Source: Macrostomum lignano (lineage: Eukaryota). From it: a stretch of DNA of 64,000 bases. The notes under the pieces were generated by a model. The model saw nothing but the letters and a program-made list of their open reading frames with translations. It made no database searches and was not told the DNA's origin. Where the stretch lies: the NCBI GenBank assembly GCA_002269645.1, contig NIVC01000788.1:62001-126000 (forward strand), written 5' to 3'. Positions 10,162 through 23,042 of the stretch are shown here, in pieces (the first letter of the stretch is position 1; each line of letters begins with the position of its first letter). The translations under genes and the position numbers were made by a program.

Positions 10162-13100
10162 ATGACGCACATCCTGTCCTGGGGAGACCGGCATGTTGAA
10201 GACAACGACTCTGAGTGCGTTGATCTTCAGGAGGCAAGCGATCAGCCCATCGTGGACGTCAGCAGTTGCAGGTAGGCCACCAATTAAAAAAGGTAGCTTG
10301 TGAATTGAACTGGGAAGCGTGTGAATTAAACAAATATTGAGTATATTACCGTAAATATATGCATAAATACGCATTACAACCTTAAATTGAATTGGTTTAT
10401 CGGCAATCTTAACCCCTCCCCCGATGGTGAGACACCGATCAATGAAATCAATTTTATTGCACAAAAATTGTTAAAAACAAAAGGCAAAAAGCAAAAAAAA
10501 GCAAAAGCAAAAAAGCAAAGGCCTGCGGCGCCAAAATGAGTGCCTGCGGCGCCAAAATGAGTGCCTGCGGCGCCAAAATGAGTGTCTGCGGCGCTAAAAT
10601 GAGTGCCTGCGGCGCTAAAATGAGTGCTTGCGGCGCTAAAATGAGTGCCTGCGGCGCTAAAATGAGTGCCTGCGGCGCTAAAATGAGTGCCTGCGGCGCT
10701 AAAATGAGTGCCTACAGCGCTAAAATGAGTGCCTGCGGCGCCAAAATGAGTGCCTGTGGCGCTAAAATGAGTGCCTGCGGCGCTAAAATGAGTGCCTGTG
10801 GCGCTAAAATGAGATCCTGCGGCGCTAAAATGAGTGCCTGCAGCGCTAAATTGAGTGCCTGTGGCGCTTAAATGAGTTCCTGCGGCGCCAAAATGAGTGC
10901 CTGCGGCGCCAAAATGAGTGCCTGCTGTGGCGCCAAAATGAGTGCCTGTGGCGCTAAAATGAGTGCCTGTGGCGCTAAAATGAGTTCCTGCGGCGCCAAA
11001 ATGAGTGCCTGCGGCGCTAAAATGAGTGCCTGCGGCGCCAAAATGAATGCCTGCGGCGCTAAAATGAGTGCCTGTGGCGCTAAAATGAGTGCCTGTGGCG
11101 CTAAAATGAGTTCCTGCGGCGCTAAAATGAGTGCCTGCGGTGCTAAAATGAGTTCCTGCGGCGCCAAAATGAGTGCTTGCGGTGCTAAAATGAGTACCTG
11201 CGGTGCTAAAATGAGTACCTGCGGTGCTAAAATGAGTGCCTGTGGCGCTAAAATGAGTGCCTGTGGCGCTAAAATGAGTTCCTGCGGCGCTAAAATGAGT
11301 GCCTGCGGTGCTAAAATGAGTACCTGCGGTGCTAAAATGAGTGCCTGTGGCGCTAAAATGAGTGCCTGTGGCGCTAAAATGAGTGCTTGCGGCGCTAAAA
11401 TGAGTGCCTGTGGCGCTAAAATGAGTGCCTGTGGCGCTAAAATGAGTGCCTGTGGCGCTAAAATGAGTGCCTGTGGCGCTAAAATGAATGCCTCTCGTCT
11501 CGTCTCCTCTTTTGCCTCGCCTCTCGCTCCTCGTTCCTCGTTTCTCCTCTCTATTCTCTATCATCTCTCCCCTTCTCTGGCCCCCAGTCATGCGCTAGGT
11601 GCTGTATCTGAAGTAAGAAAGTTTTCCGACCCCGGTCTAGATTTTATAATTAACTTGAAGAAAGACATTCAAATGTATTGGAGCATCAGAAGCTTTAAGA
11701 TACTGCACGCTCTTGTCGCTCAGCTCAGTCACTGCATTCTGGAGGCTCTCCTCAATGCGTGAGCTTATTAATACGAGCATCAATGACAAAAGAACCCAAA
11801 CGTACTCATTAGGATTGCAGCCGTGCTATTTCCACGTCTTGTTAAAGTTCACGAGTTCAATCAATCTGCTTGATAGGTTGCATAATCGAGTGCATGTGCT
11901 GGGAGAGCGCGCGGCTTGAGCGATGGAACTGCCTTGCTGACGTGTGTAGATCTTGATAGTCCAATCCCTGGGAGCGACTATATTAGGACACTTGCACAAT
12001 ACATGTATTATATAGTATTACAGTAGTTTTGGCGCCGAGTGTTTTAATGCATGAATATAGAAAACTTTGAGAATAACTCAGTGGCGTAGCCAAGAATTTC
12101 AATTGGGGGGGGGGGGTTGGCTAGCCCTGCCTTATGCCATTGCCACTTTTGGCGCCGCATGCACTCATTTTAGCGCCACAAGCACTCATTTTAGCGCCGC
12201 GGGCACTCATTTTGGCGCCGCAGGCACTCAATTTAGCGCTGCAGGCACTCATTTTAGCGCCGCAGGATCTCATTTTAGCGCCGCAGGCACTCATTTTAGC
12301 GCCACAAGCACTCATTTTAGCGCCGCGGGCACTCATTTTGGCGCCGCAGGCACTCATTTTAGCGCCGCAAGCACTCATTTTAGCGCCGCGGGCACTCATT
12401 TTAGCGCCGCAGGCACTCATTTTGGCGCCGCAGAAACTCATTTTAGCGCCACAAGCACTCATTTTAGCGCCGCGGGCACTCATTTTAGCGCCGCAGGCAC
12501 TCATTTTGGCGCCGCAGAAACTCATTTTAGCGCCACAAGCACTCATTTTAGCGCCGCGGGCACTCATTTTGGCGCCGCAGGCACTCATTTTAGCGCCGCA
12601 AGCACTCATTTTAGCGCCGCGGGCACTCATTTTAGCGCCGCAGGCACTCATTTTGGCGCCGCAGAAACTCATTTTAGCGCCACAAGCACTCATTTTAGCG
12701 CCGCGGGCACTCATTTTAGCGCCGCAGGCACTCATTTTGGCGCCGCAGAAACTCATTTAAGCGCCACAGGCACTCATTTTGGCGCCGCAGGCACTCATTT
12801 TAGCGCCACAGGCACTCATTTTGGCGCCGCAGGCACTCATTTTAGCGCCACAGGCACTCATTTTGGCGCCGCAGGCACTCATTTTGGCGCCGCAGGCACT
12901 CAATTTAGCGCTGCAGGCACTCATTTTAGCGCCGCAGGATCTCATTTTAGCGCCACAGGCACTCATTTTAGCGCCGCAGGCACTCATTTTAGCGCCGCAG
13001 GCACTCATTTTGGCGCCGCAGGAACTCATTTAAGCGCCGCAGGCACTCAATTTAGCGCTGCAGGCACTCATTTTAGCGCCGCAGGATCTCATTTTAGCGC

Positions 13101-16100
13101 CACAGGCACTCATTTTAGCGCCGCAGGCACTCATTTTAGCGCCACAGGCACTCATTTTAGCGCCGCAGGATCTCATTTTAGCGCCACAGGCACTCATTTT
13201 AGCGCCGCAGGCACTCATTTTAGCGCTGTAGGCACTCATTTTGGCGCCGCAGGCACTCATTTGCCTCATGGTTTTTGGTACCCGCCGCGCCCAACCCCAC
13301 CCCCCAGGCGATTGGGGGGGGGGGCCGCGGCCCTCCCGCCCCCCCCTGGCTACGCCACTGGATTAACTTCCCATTATTTAAAAAAATTGTTTAAATCCAA
13401 TCGATTTTACACAGAGTTCCATGCGACGCAGCTTTTCTAAAACACTTCACTCCGAGGTACATCAAGGTCAATGGGTCGAAGCCGCGCTACATGTGGGCTA
13501 GTCGTGAATTCTACACTGCCAAAGACTTAGTGGAACAAAACACTCCGGCTTACACTGTCTCCGGCTTCGGCCTGCTCGATGCCTGTTTGCATGCCTACGC
13601 CAGCAATGCGACCTTGGTGCTGCACCCGCTGGATATTCTACTCAACCTGTGCTATGCGTATGGAAGTGAGTACCAATAAGGAATAAAAAACGGTACATTC
13701 TATAGTTATTAACAAATTTTTAAAATGTCGTTTCAGTTAAAACGGTTTCAATTAAAAATTTATAAATGGAATTCATTGTGTGCACCTGTAAGTACGAACT
13801 TGTAAGAATACAAGTTCATCTAGGTCTTTAGAAATCAGTGGTCTGGGGGAAAAGTTTGCTGTTAAAGTTTGCCTCCTCGTTTGCTGCGAGGCAATTAGGT
13901 ACGTGTTAAAGGGAGCAGAGCTATGAAACTAGCTCGTAGAATAACTTTGAATTTCGTTATAGATCTTTTAGATTAAATCTTTTTAATTTAACAAAATGGT
14001 TACCACACTGATCGTCGAAATTCAAATTGACGATAAATAAAAAGCCTGTTGTGATGCAATCTTTATCAGAATCAGAATTCAGTCAGTCAGGCTTTTCTTT
14101 AACTTACTCTTGATTGATTTTGGCTCTTGAACGCTCGACTAAAGTGTTAGGAGTGGAATCCCACAGTCCTCGTTTTATAATACGCTCACTCCTAACCACT
14201 TGACTCCTAACGCAGCCTCATTCACTCCTAACTCCTATAGAGTTCGCTCCTAGCTTGGCACGCTCATTCCTAACTGTTGCACGACTCCTAGACTCTTTCA
14301 AGAGACTTCTAAACACTTGAACTTGAATCTTACTTCATAGCGCGCACTGCTGCCTCAATTGTGAAGAGTTGGGAGATACTTAAACTCTTGACTTCTAATC
14401 CTAGCGACATGTGCGCAACCACATTCATTTGAGGCTTTTGAACGCAAGTTAGCCATGGTTGTCGTGCGATTCACACTCACGAGGGCCAGCTCCCAAGGCA
14501 CGGAGAGTGTAAATGCTTGACGATTGGCAAGTCAGGGCCACTGTACACCCTGTGTGATCGTGTGTATGATGAGTACGACTGTACGTGCCTGCGCACACAG
14601 TATTGGCGCTTAAGAATGAGCGTACGTGCTCAGGAGGCAGCGGAGTGGGTGGAATCGCTGGTTGTGGGACAATTTCGCCGAAAGCGTTGCACCGGGGTCC
14701 CACAAGTCCATAACAATTGCTAATAACTATCGAGCAACGCGAAAATAATTTCCATAAGTGAATATCTTATAGTATGTGCAAATAGGTTCTCTGGTGTGGT
14801 CTACGGTTTTGGTAGCTCAGTAGTTATTACCTACCGCTGACGACGAGTCCTGGGCTGAGAATATTATCGTTCATAGCAGGAATTCGTTAAACAATTCAGA
14901 CCACCGCAAGAATCCGATACGTAACAACAACGAAGAGCTTGCAAAGATCACTCAAATCCGGCTCAAGCGCCCGTTCACCCGGTCGCACTTAATCCTGGCC
15001 GCTGTGGCCCGGCTGGCCCGCCGGGTTGAGACCTACCCGCTGCCAAAGCTGTTCAGACTAATCAACACTGAGCTAAACTCTCCGGATCATTTAGTGGTTC
15101 GGTTGGCGATCGGCATGCTTTGCTACCTCGCTGGCACCAAGGAGTCAACCAGGCTGACGGTGGAGCACATGCGAGGCTTGTTCGAATTGGAGGAATCCAG
15201 CGAGACGCTGATGGAGCCGTTGGTTCACAACAATTGGTGAGCCTGTCGTAGCATTCAGATGGCTGAAAATATAAAAGGTGTATAAATTTCGGCAAGTAAA
15301 AGTAGTTTATCGCTTGTTTTAACAGGACCATCGCACCGACCGGGGTACTTGACGTCCGTTACGAACCTCAAGCGACAGCAAGCCGCCGGCTGCGCAGTCT
15401 TGCCAAAGACGTCAACAATCAGCAGGCGACAGCGCGGAAAAGCAGTCAGAGCCGAGAAGGGGCCATCGGCGATCTAATGGAATGTGAGGTTAACGCGGAT
15501 GCGATTGACGTCTTGTCAACATCTGCTGTCGAATGGACGCCTAAGCGACTAAGGCCGCAGCGGGATCAGCTGGTTTTGGATGACGCGAGTGAAGCTGGCG
15601 TTCAATTGCAGGCAACAAGAAATGGACAAGAGACGGAGGGAGCGATGGGCGGGACAAATGAAATGCGCGTGAATGGAGGCGAGTGGCGCACAATGCTTGA
15701 TGCCAGGCTCACCGAAGACGGCCATGGCAGTCAGGACAGTCAGCAACTGCTTAATAGGGCTGGAGTTGAAGCAAATGCCGCTGGAGTCGCCGCTCCTCCG
15801 CCATCAACAACTGTGGGTTTTTTATCATTGTTATAGCTGAATTGTTTCTTTGCTAATGTCTTTAACACCGTAAACAGTGGCTCCTGTACTGGTAGCTTTT
15901 AGTAGTGAAGAAAATATAAAATATTCAAGCCAGGTTTAGGAAAGTAAAGCAGTGAAAGTTTAGCGCTACGTTAATCTGTAAATCTGTCAACTGCATCTTG
16001 AAGCAATTTCAGAGAGGGTTCTACAGAAGTCAGAGGAACAATGCAAACCGGCCCAGCGTCATAGAGGCTCAGCAATGGGCACCGAAAAAGATTACGCCGG

Positions 16101-18252
16101 GCAAAATTTACGAAATTAAAAAAGGTAAGATGTTGAACTGACTTAGATTAAGCATTTTTTATTCTAGCGAGTGCCTAAGTGTTGAGAAAAGTTACTGAAA
16201 ATTTAAAACAATTCCAGAGAATGGAATCCAGTCGGTAAAGTTTCTGGGAAGTCGACGCGCCTGGGTGGAATTACCCGAGATGATGTTTGAGTTGTGTACG
16301 TTTTTCGGTATGGAAAGGCGTGTGATAAATGAAATAGTCGATATTGGCAAATTCTTACAGACGAGTCGGTTGAACATGAATCAGCAGTGCAGGTAAGCAC
16401 TTCTCAAGGGTTTATATTGGTGTTCTAATAAGTATGTTGGTTCTTGACCTATTCGAAATGCATATTTGAGCTTAGCGCTACTAATAAGAGTGGAGAGCCC
16501 GACATTTTACGGTCGCTATTTGCCTGCCAAAAATTTGGCCAACTATCAATACGCTCGTACTTGAGTATTTGATCGTATTTGGCAGATCAGAGCAGTGAAA
16601 TTCTGCGGACCTGTCAAAACGGTTTCGTGCCTTCAATAGGGTACTTTCTACGATTTCTCGCTATCGTTTGTCGCTCGCCGTCTTTCCTTTTACTAAAGTA
16701 GTCTCCATTCTGTCTGGGTAAACTAGAAAACAGCCGGCAGTGGAAAGAGGATGGGATCTTGACCTTAAAAATGACCTTAAAAAACACAGCTAGTAAAATC
16801 GTTCGTTAACCATCATCCATCAAGAGGCTTTCCCAGAGGGGATAAGCGTCGAATAAGGGCTTTTTTATTTGAGCTTAAGGCTTTCAAACAGAAATGATTT
16901 CTCAATCGGGAAATACTACCTCACCGGCAAAGAAAGAAGACTTGTTTGAAAACCGTCTCAGTCGAACATTTGGTCGCCCTGAACAGTAAACAGTAAACAG
17001 TAAACAGTGAACAGCAATCACTTGGGGTCAAGAACAGGAATCCGAACTTGGGGTCATGGTGCAACAGTCCGACGCGTTTACTGTCGAGCTATACTTAGCA
17101 ACATTGAAAAGTCGCCACCCTTTGCCCCAGTGAGCAGTGTCTTTCGACCATCAAATCCATCAAATCTTCGCCCTCCGCTCTCCCCAATCCCTCCTCACCC
17201 AGTCCAACTCTGCGTCGCGTGGCGCAAGTTGCGTCATTCAAAAGTCAATACTGAGATAAAATTTACTGCGCACACTCAAAGGTGGCGAATTTTCAATGTC
17301 TTTGAGTATACTTTTCCTCTAAATTTGTACAGAAAACGCATACCTTTCATTGACGCCTTGGCAGGAAGTTCTGGAGCAACATACTGTTTAAAAATGGCCA
17401 ACCGAAAACCTTGCCCGAAGCTGACTATCAAATTGACGGCTGGCTGTCAACTCTTCTGGGCGCTCGGCTGTTTAGCGATCAGAGCGGCATGAATCTGCGG
17501 CATCTGGTCGACATGAAGACTGGCGTCAGGCTGCCTGTGCTGTTGGTGCGGCTGCCTAACAAGGAGACCCACGACAGCGAGACGGGCATGGCGCCCGCTG
17601 CGACGCTATCGGCGGTGATCTCAGATGACAGCGTGCTGGACGGCACGGATTTGGCCCGGCAGAAAACTAGGCTAATTTTCTACGACGAATACAGGTTCAG
17701 TTAGCTTTCTCATTATGGGGAGCTCAATGAGCTAGTTGGTGAAGCTTTTGTAAATGAATAGCTGCCCGTGGGAGAAATTTCTAGACCAAATGACGTATAA
17801 AGACAACGTACTCGTAGAATGTTCCAGAGGGAACATTTGCGCCTTCACAGTAAAGAGAACACAGCGAAATTTTGTCAACACGTACAGGGATTGAAATCTT
17901 GGTCTAATTTATTTTGTTTAATGTGCCTGGCTTCTTCAGTACATAGTTTGAATTCGCTGTTTTCGATTAAAGCAGCCATTGATCTTTTAAAAAAGTTAAA
18001 GCCAGATTTTACCAACTTCCGAAACACTCAAGGGAGAAACTGCTGCTGAACAGTTCGGGAAACGCCTGTGAAGAGCCCGTCGGCCTGTTCATGCCCTGGC
18101 GCAGCTGCGAGGCTGTCAATAGGACTCGACGGCTGTGGCGCCACATCGGTGGAGACTCTCCCGCGGTGTCCCGGCCACTGAGTGAAGCGCTGCGCGGCCA
18201 GGCCGCCAGAAATTTGAACAATGTTGACAGCGTGAGTGGGACGGAGCGTTAG
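10162..18252 (+). CDS. Multi-exon DUF4419-like protein (divergent, with a long low-complexity insertion)
   Basis: Phase-consistent GT-AG exons: 10162-10271 (gccaccATG), 11700-11758, 11813-11876, 13457-13665, 14449-14644, 14880-15236, 15326-15812, 16013-16124, 16218-16392, then ~16476-?, 17365-17694 and a probable last exon 18006-18252. DUF4419-like motifs from memory of the family: GLLDACLHAYASNATLVLHPLDILL, HEG...KCLTI, GIQSVKFLGSRRAWVEL, FWSNIL...IDGWLSTL. Exons between 16.5 and 17.3 kb and both termini are less certain. Confidence 0.68.
10521..11492. repeat. 21-bp minisatellite array A (GGCGCTAAAATGAGTGCCTGC), ~46 copies
   Basis: Tandem units visible; source of the GAKMSAC / AGTHFSA periodic ORFs. 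Confidence 0.97.
11495..11633. mobile_element. Right end of a hAT (Charlie-like) MITE abutting array A
   Basis: CT-rich tract, then CAGTCATGCGCTAGG...GTTTTCCGACCCCGG followed by a TCTAGA motif; homologous to the ends at 5960 and 47803. Confidence 0.5.
12079..13360. mobile_element. hAT-like MITE with 14-bp TIRs, carrying array B
   Basis: Perfect TIRs CAGTGGCGTAGCCA (12079-12092) and TGGCTACGCCACTG (13347-13360). 8-bp flanks GAATAACT and GATTAACT match at 7 of 8, consistent with a hAT-type TSD. Confidence 0.8.
12147..13263. repeat. 21-bp minisatellite array B (GCAGGCACTCATTTTAGCGCC), ~53 copies, reverse complement of array A
   Basis: The unit is the exact reverse complement of the array A unit. 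Confidence 0.97.
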
Positions 18253-18848
18253 CCTTAGCGAACCATAACCCTAATCGCATACAGTTTTAGTCTTCATCTA
18301 TTTATTCTTCTGATCGATAATCGAATCGAATATACTTTGATGTGCTAAATAGTAAGCATCAGGAAGATGTGAACCTTGGGGCTCTGAACAGCTAGCAATC
18401 GTATGAGCGACCTTGCCTGTGAATTACAGAGACTTTCATTCTATCATCTCATTCAACTCTTCCGACACCTTTTCGAATAGTCGAGATGCCACTGCGCACT
18501 CAGCTAATCAAAGTTCGAGCAGAATTTGGGGATAGTTTACTGAGATCGCCGTATTAATTATCAATAGATTAAGCTCTTGTGGGGGCCATGTGCGCATGGA
18601 TATCTGTTTGAGCGTCGCGAGACTCCCAGCCAGGCCCTTTGAGATTTGCTTCGACTTTCAGGCTTAAAGACAATTGTTGAGATGCCAAATATCGATTGAA
18701 ACTTGGCCATTGTGATTGAAATTGTGACTGTTGTACTTCGTATGTTTTTCCCTATATTATTATTAATATTTGAAGTAGTTTAGAACTATAATTTCATCCT
18801 TGTTTTGTAACTGAATTTCAGCAAACCACTGTTAGCCGAAGATCAGAC

Positions 18849-19280
18849 ATGACTTCTGTCGACGACGAGCTGGCAGTCCATATTTGGACCATTAGGAATC
18901 ACAACTACTCGAAATCCAGGTGGGTATGACTGTTCGTCATATTAAGTTGTTGTTATTAAGACTTACATATCAGTTAGTACGTGATACTATGATTAAAGGA
19001 GTTGTTACTTGTAGTTGAAAAAAGAATATTCAGTAGTATACAATGCTCATTTTCCCGCCTCGCCCCATCGCCCAGATTCTGCTGCGGTTGTCGATCAAAA
19101 CGCGTGACAAGGAGCCAATCAGAGCCCGCCTACAATATGTGCTGCCTGATGAGTGGCATGTGCGGCTTCACCTTACAGCCAGTCGCCAGTGCCGACTCGA
19201 CACAAGTGAACCAATCCGTTCCAAAGCAGAATTGCGTGCGACCAATTTGCTTCTTTGAAATCGTATTCGAGGGGGATTGA
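18849..19280 (+). CDS. Possible small two-exon Cys-rich protein (~91 aa), unknown function
   Basis: Exons 18849-18919 (MTSVDDELAVHIWTIRNHNYSKS) and 19076-19280 (RFCCGCRSKR...FEGD*) join in phase with GT-AG. No recognisable family. Confidence 0.3.
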
Positions 19281-19574
19281 CTCATTTCTTAACTCAAGGT
19301 ATAAATGTTCGCATCCCTTTTTTGCTTTGAACCGATGTTAATTCATCGATGACAAAAGCCTGAATGGCGCTTTCAATATCATGTAGTAGTCTACAAGTAC
19401 AAGTATTCATGACGTTCCCATTAATTCGGAACTCTATTTGACGTCATTTCACAAAAATTTCCGGTCAGAATGCTATTACTTTCGAGTCCTTTTCTCAATT
19501 TGTTCTTAAAAGCAATTATATTTGTTTTGTTTTCCTTATCCAAACCCAGTACTAACCCAAAATCTCTTCGTGAG

Positions 19575-20465
19575 TTCTTTTCTCCGGGAACAGCTGGGCC
19601 CCACCTCACGCCTTCCCTCATGCATAGCTGGGCCCCCACCTCACGCCTTCCCTCATGCACAGCTGGCCCCCCACCTCACGCCTTCCCCCATGCACAGCTG
19701 GGCCCCCACCTCACGCCTTCCCCCATGCACAGCTGGGTCCCCCACCTCACGCCTTCCCCCATGCACAGCTGGGCCCCCACCTCACGCCTTCCCCCATGCA
19801 CAGCTGGGCCCCCACCTCACGCCTTCCCCCATGCACAGCTGGGCCCCCCACCTCACGCCTTCCCCCATGCACAGCTGGACCCTCACCTCACGCCTTCCCC
19901 CATGCACAGCTGGGCCCTCACCTCACGCCTTCCCCGATCCACAGCTGGGCCCCCACCTCACGCCTTCTCCCATGCACAGCTGGGCCCCCCCACCTCACGC
20001 CTTCCCCCATGCACAGCTGGGCCCTCACCTCACGCCTTCCCCCCATGCACAGCTGCCCCCCACCTCACGCCTTCCCCCATGCACAGCTGGGCCCCCACCT
20101 CACGCCTTCCCCATGCACAGCTGGGCCCTCACCTCACGCCTTCCCCCATGCACAGCTGGGCCCCCACCTCACGCCTTCCCCCATGCACAGCTGGCCCCCA
20201 CCTCACGCCTTCCCCCATGCACAGCTGGCCCCCCACCTCACGCCTTCCCCCATGCACAGCTGGGCCCTCACCTCACGCCTTCCCCCATGCACAGCTGCCC
20301 CCCCCACCTCACGCCTTCCCCCATGCACAGCTGGGCCCCCACCTCACGCCTTCCCCCCATGCACAGCTGGACCCTCACCTCACGCCTTCCCCCATGCACA
20401 GCTGGGCCCCCATCTCACGCCTTTCCCGTATGCACAACTGCGACTCCTACCTCACACCTTCACCA
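19575..20465. repeat. ~35-bp C-rich minisatellite (CCCCCACCTCACGCCTTCCCCCATGCACAGCTGGG), ~25 copies
   Basis: Tandem units with C-run length variation; three overlapping periodic ORFs. Confidence 0.96.
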
Positions 20466-21687
20466 ATGACATTTGAAACGCAAAAGAAAAAAGCTAACAG
20501 ACTGCATCTTAAAAAAAGTAGCTACTTGAATCTTCAAAGTCACTTCTCCCCTCATCAAACACAGGTTGCTGAAATAAAAAAGCAAAATTCCAGTAGTCAA
20601 AGCCCTCTAGTTGATCCTAATCCCCAAAGCTTCAACAAGCTTTCTTTGTCTGTGTAGTGTGGAAGTGTATTCCGAGAAGCATTTTTTTCAAATATAACTA
20701 ATATCTTTGTTTCCAATGCAATCTTAACTTATTAATTTACAATCATGCGCAGCAGGTTATTTGAAATTCAAGTGCTGGCAGTTTGGGTAATCTAACACCT
20801 ACACTAGTACTGGAAGTAGCATAGGGCGATGCAAAAATGCTATCAGCAACATTACAGTTTATGCATTTAAAAAGGCTCGTTTAGACACTGAGGCGCATGA
20901 AGTTGCTTCCTGGTCATATCCGTAACCGGTCCAATAGAAAATGACAGCTAACAGACAACATTGTTTCCCCCGCTTCCGGCGTAGCCAGCAACTGTCTCGG
21001 CAGCAACAAGAGGCTATTGATTTTTTAGTCCACCAAGACTCAACCACCCAGTGAAGCAGCTCAGCTCAACGCCAACAGATTTCACAGAAAACTACGCTCG
21101 TACCAATGGTCATGGAAGGGAGTGGGGAGAGGATTAGTGGTAAGGAAGATCTAAAGTTTACCCAGCAACCAGTGACAGCAGGGCCAGAATAATGGGTTTA
21201 CTGAAAAGAAAACAGCAAAAAAAGACTAGGAAGGCTTCGTGGAATTGTTTGAGAATAGGAAAAGCTACTGAATGCGGTTACCTCTCTCTCCCCTCTCTTC
21301 CAATTTCTCTCTGCAGAAGCTCTCAAACCGGCCATTGTGAGGGGAGTCACGAGCTCGCTTGTTCCATGCAGAATACCCAGAGGTTGCCATCGGCAACACG
21401 GACCCAGCAAGGTATTTCTCTTCCCCTCCTTTTCTCCCCGCCCGTCCCAGCATGAGCCGATACAATTCCTGAGCGAGATGCGGCTAAAAGTAAATGCAGA
21501 ATAGTGTAGTCCCAATGCAAACCCGACAGTGGGGAGAAACTATCTGAGACGTACAATTTCTGGGAACAAAAATGTGAGAAGAATGGCAACTGTTCATGCG
21601 GCAGTCAGTCGCCATCTGCATGCCGAGTTATTCAGAGCGCAGTGAATAAGCCATGAATTGGCGTCAAAGTCATGTATTAGCTGGCGC

Positions 21688-23042
21688 ATGAATAACGGCT
21701 GTCGACAACTGCACCAGCGCCTGAACCAGCAACATCACCACCGTCGTCGCGACTGGGTTCGCAAACTTGGCCAGGCAGGAGGGGGTGGTGGAGGCGGCTG
21801 CGGAACTGGAAGCATGCTCAGCGTGGAGTTCGGTCTTGCGGGCGCGGCCGCGCTGCCACCGGAGCAAGCAAGAGTTGAAATGCCCCATCGTAGCGGTCGA
21901 CTCGCCAACGTTAATTACTGCTTATCTGAATCGGCTACAGCCATCAACAGCTTGCCGAGAATTGGTGGCGTGTCCTCAGCAGGCCCAAGATACCTGCGGG
22001 CGACTGCCTATAAGCAGCAGCAGCAGCAGCAGAAACAACAACAGGATTTTGCAAGGTACTGACAACAGAGGGAATCTTGCTTGTTAAATGCTTATCTCAT
22101 CTAAATACTTGGTGGTAAGGTAAAGCTACGCTCATACTCGTACTTATCCCGTATACCCTGCATCGCATGCAAGCTGAAAATACCGATAAAGTTTTCTTTC
22201 AATCTCAATGAAGTATAAAATGAATGGAACAGGTGCAGGAAAACAAAATCTATCATGAGCTATCAGTGCTATCAAGAAACCTGCGATAACTTAGTTTTGC
22301 ATCCACGGCCTCCCGCGAACCCTGGGTCTCTCTCGCTGGTCAGGCAGGGACTGCAGCTGGTTGGACATGTGGCCTAATGTTCAGAAACAATTTACATGTA
22401 TGAGTAGATCGTCGTACTGCCGAGCACCTCGCACCGAGACATCGCTATGTCGAGTGCATGCCGTAGCTTTGCAAACTACTGTGGACTTGACTGAAAAGTC
22501 TTGATCTGATTCCGAGACAAAATGCTATTTATTGAACCTTGGCAACCTCTCAAAAAATCAGGATTCCAGTCACGTCGACGCGGGAGGAACCTTTGGCAAT
22601 GCAAAATCATGGCGAGCCAGATCAGCAGCGTCAGTCTCAGCCGGGCCAAAGGCTGCCATCAGCAACTCCAATGCCGCCGCCTCAGCCACAGCTGCTGTGG
22701 GTAAGCGGCAGCCGCCAGACTCCATCCGCTACTCGAGAACGCCGGCAGCAACCTGCGCAGCTACCCGTCCCGCCAAGGACGACCCACTCAGCTGCAGCTT
22801 CAAATCGCCGTCGACACGCAAGAACTGCGGCGGCAACGGTGAGAGCCAGTTCCGGCAGCCAAGGCAAAGCAGTCGGGCCGTGGAGTCGGGTCGGCCCTCC
22901 TGAGGCAGACGAAGCTGTGTCGGTGCTTCGCTACCTGTTGGAGTCAATGAGCACCTGCCCATTTGCTGCTGACAGCAGCGTCCGGCAGTCAGACGAAGTG
23001 AAATCGGCGAGGACAGAGTTGACGAGGCCGCGACGGCAATGA
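21688..23042 (+). CDS. Probable exons of an uncharacterised low-complexity (poly-G/poly-Q, Ser/Arg-rich) protein
   Basis: GC-rich open frames at ~21660-22055 (ending at a GT donor after ...QQQDFA) and ~22530-23040. No domain recognised; exon structure unresolved. Confidence 0.3.

Noticed and set aside
10374-13440. Long AGTHFSA / GAKMSAC ORFs (up to 457 aa) as repeat proteins
   Set aside because: Open on both strands because the unit is 21 bp. One array lies within a TIR/TSD-bounded MITE, and both sit in predicted introns.
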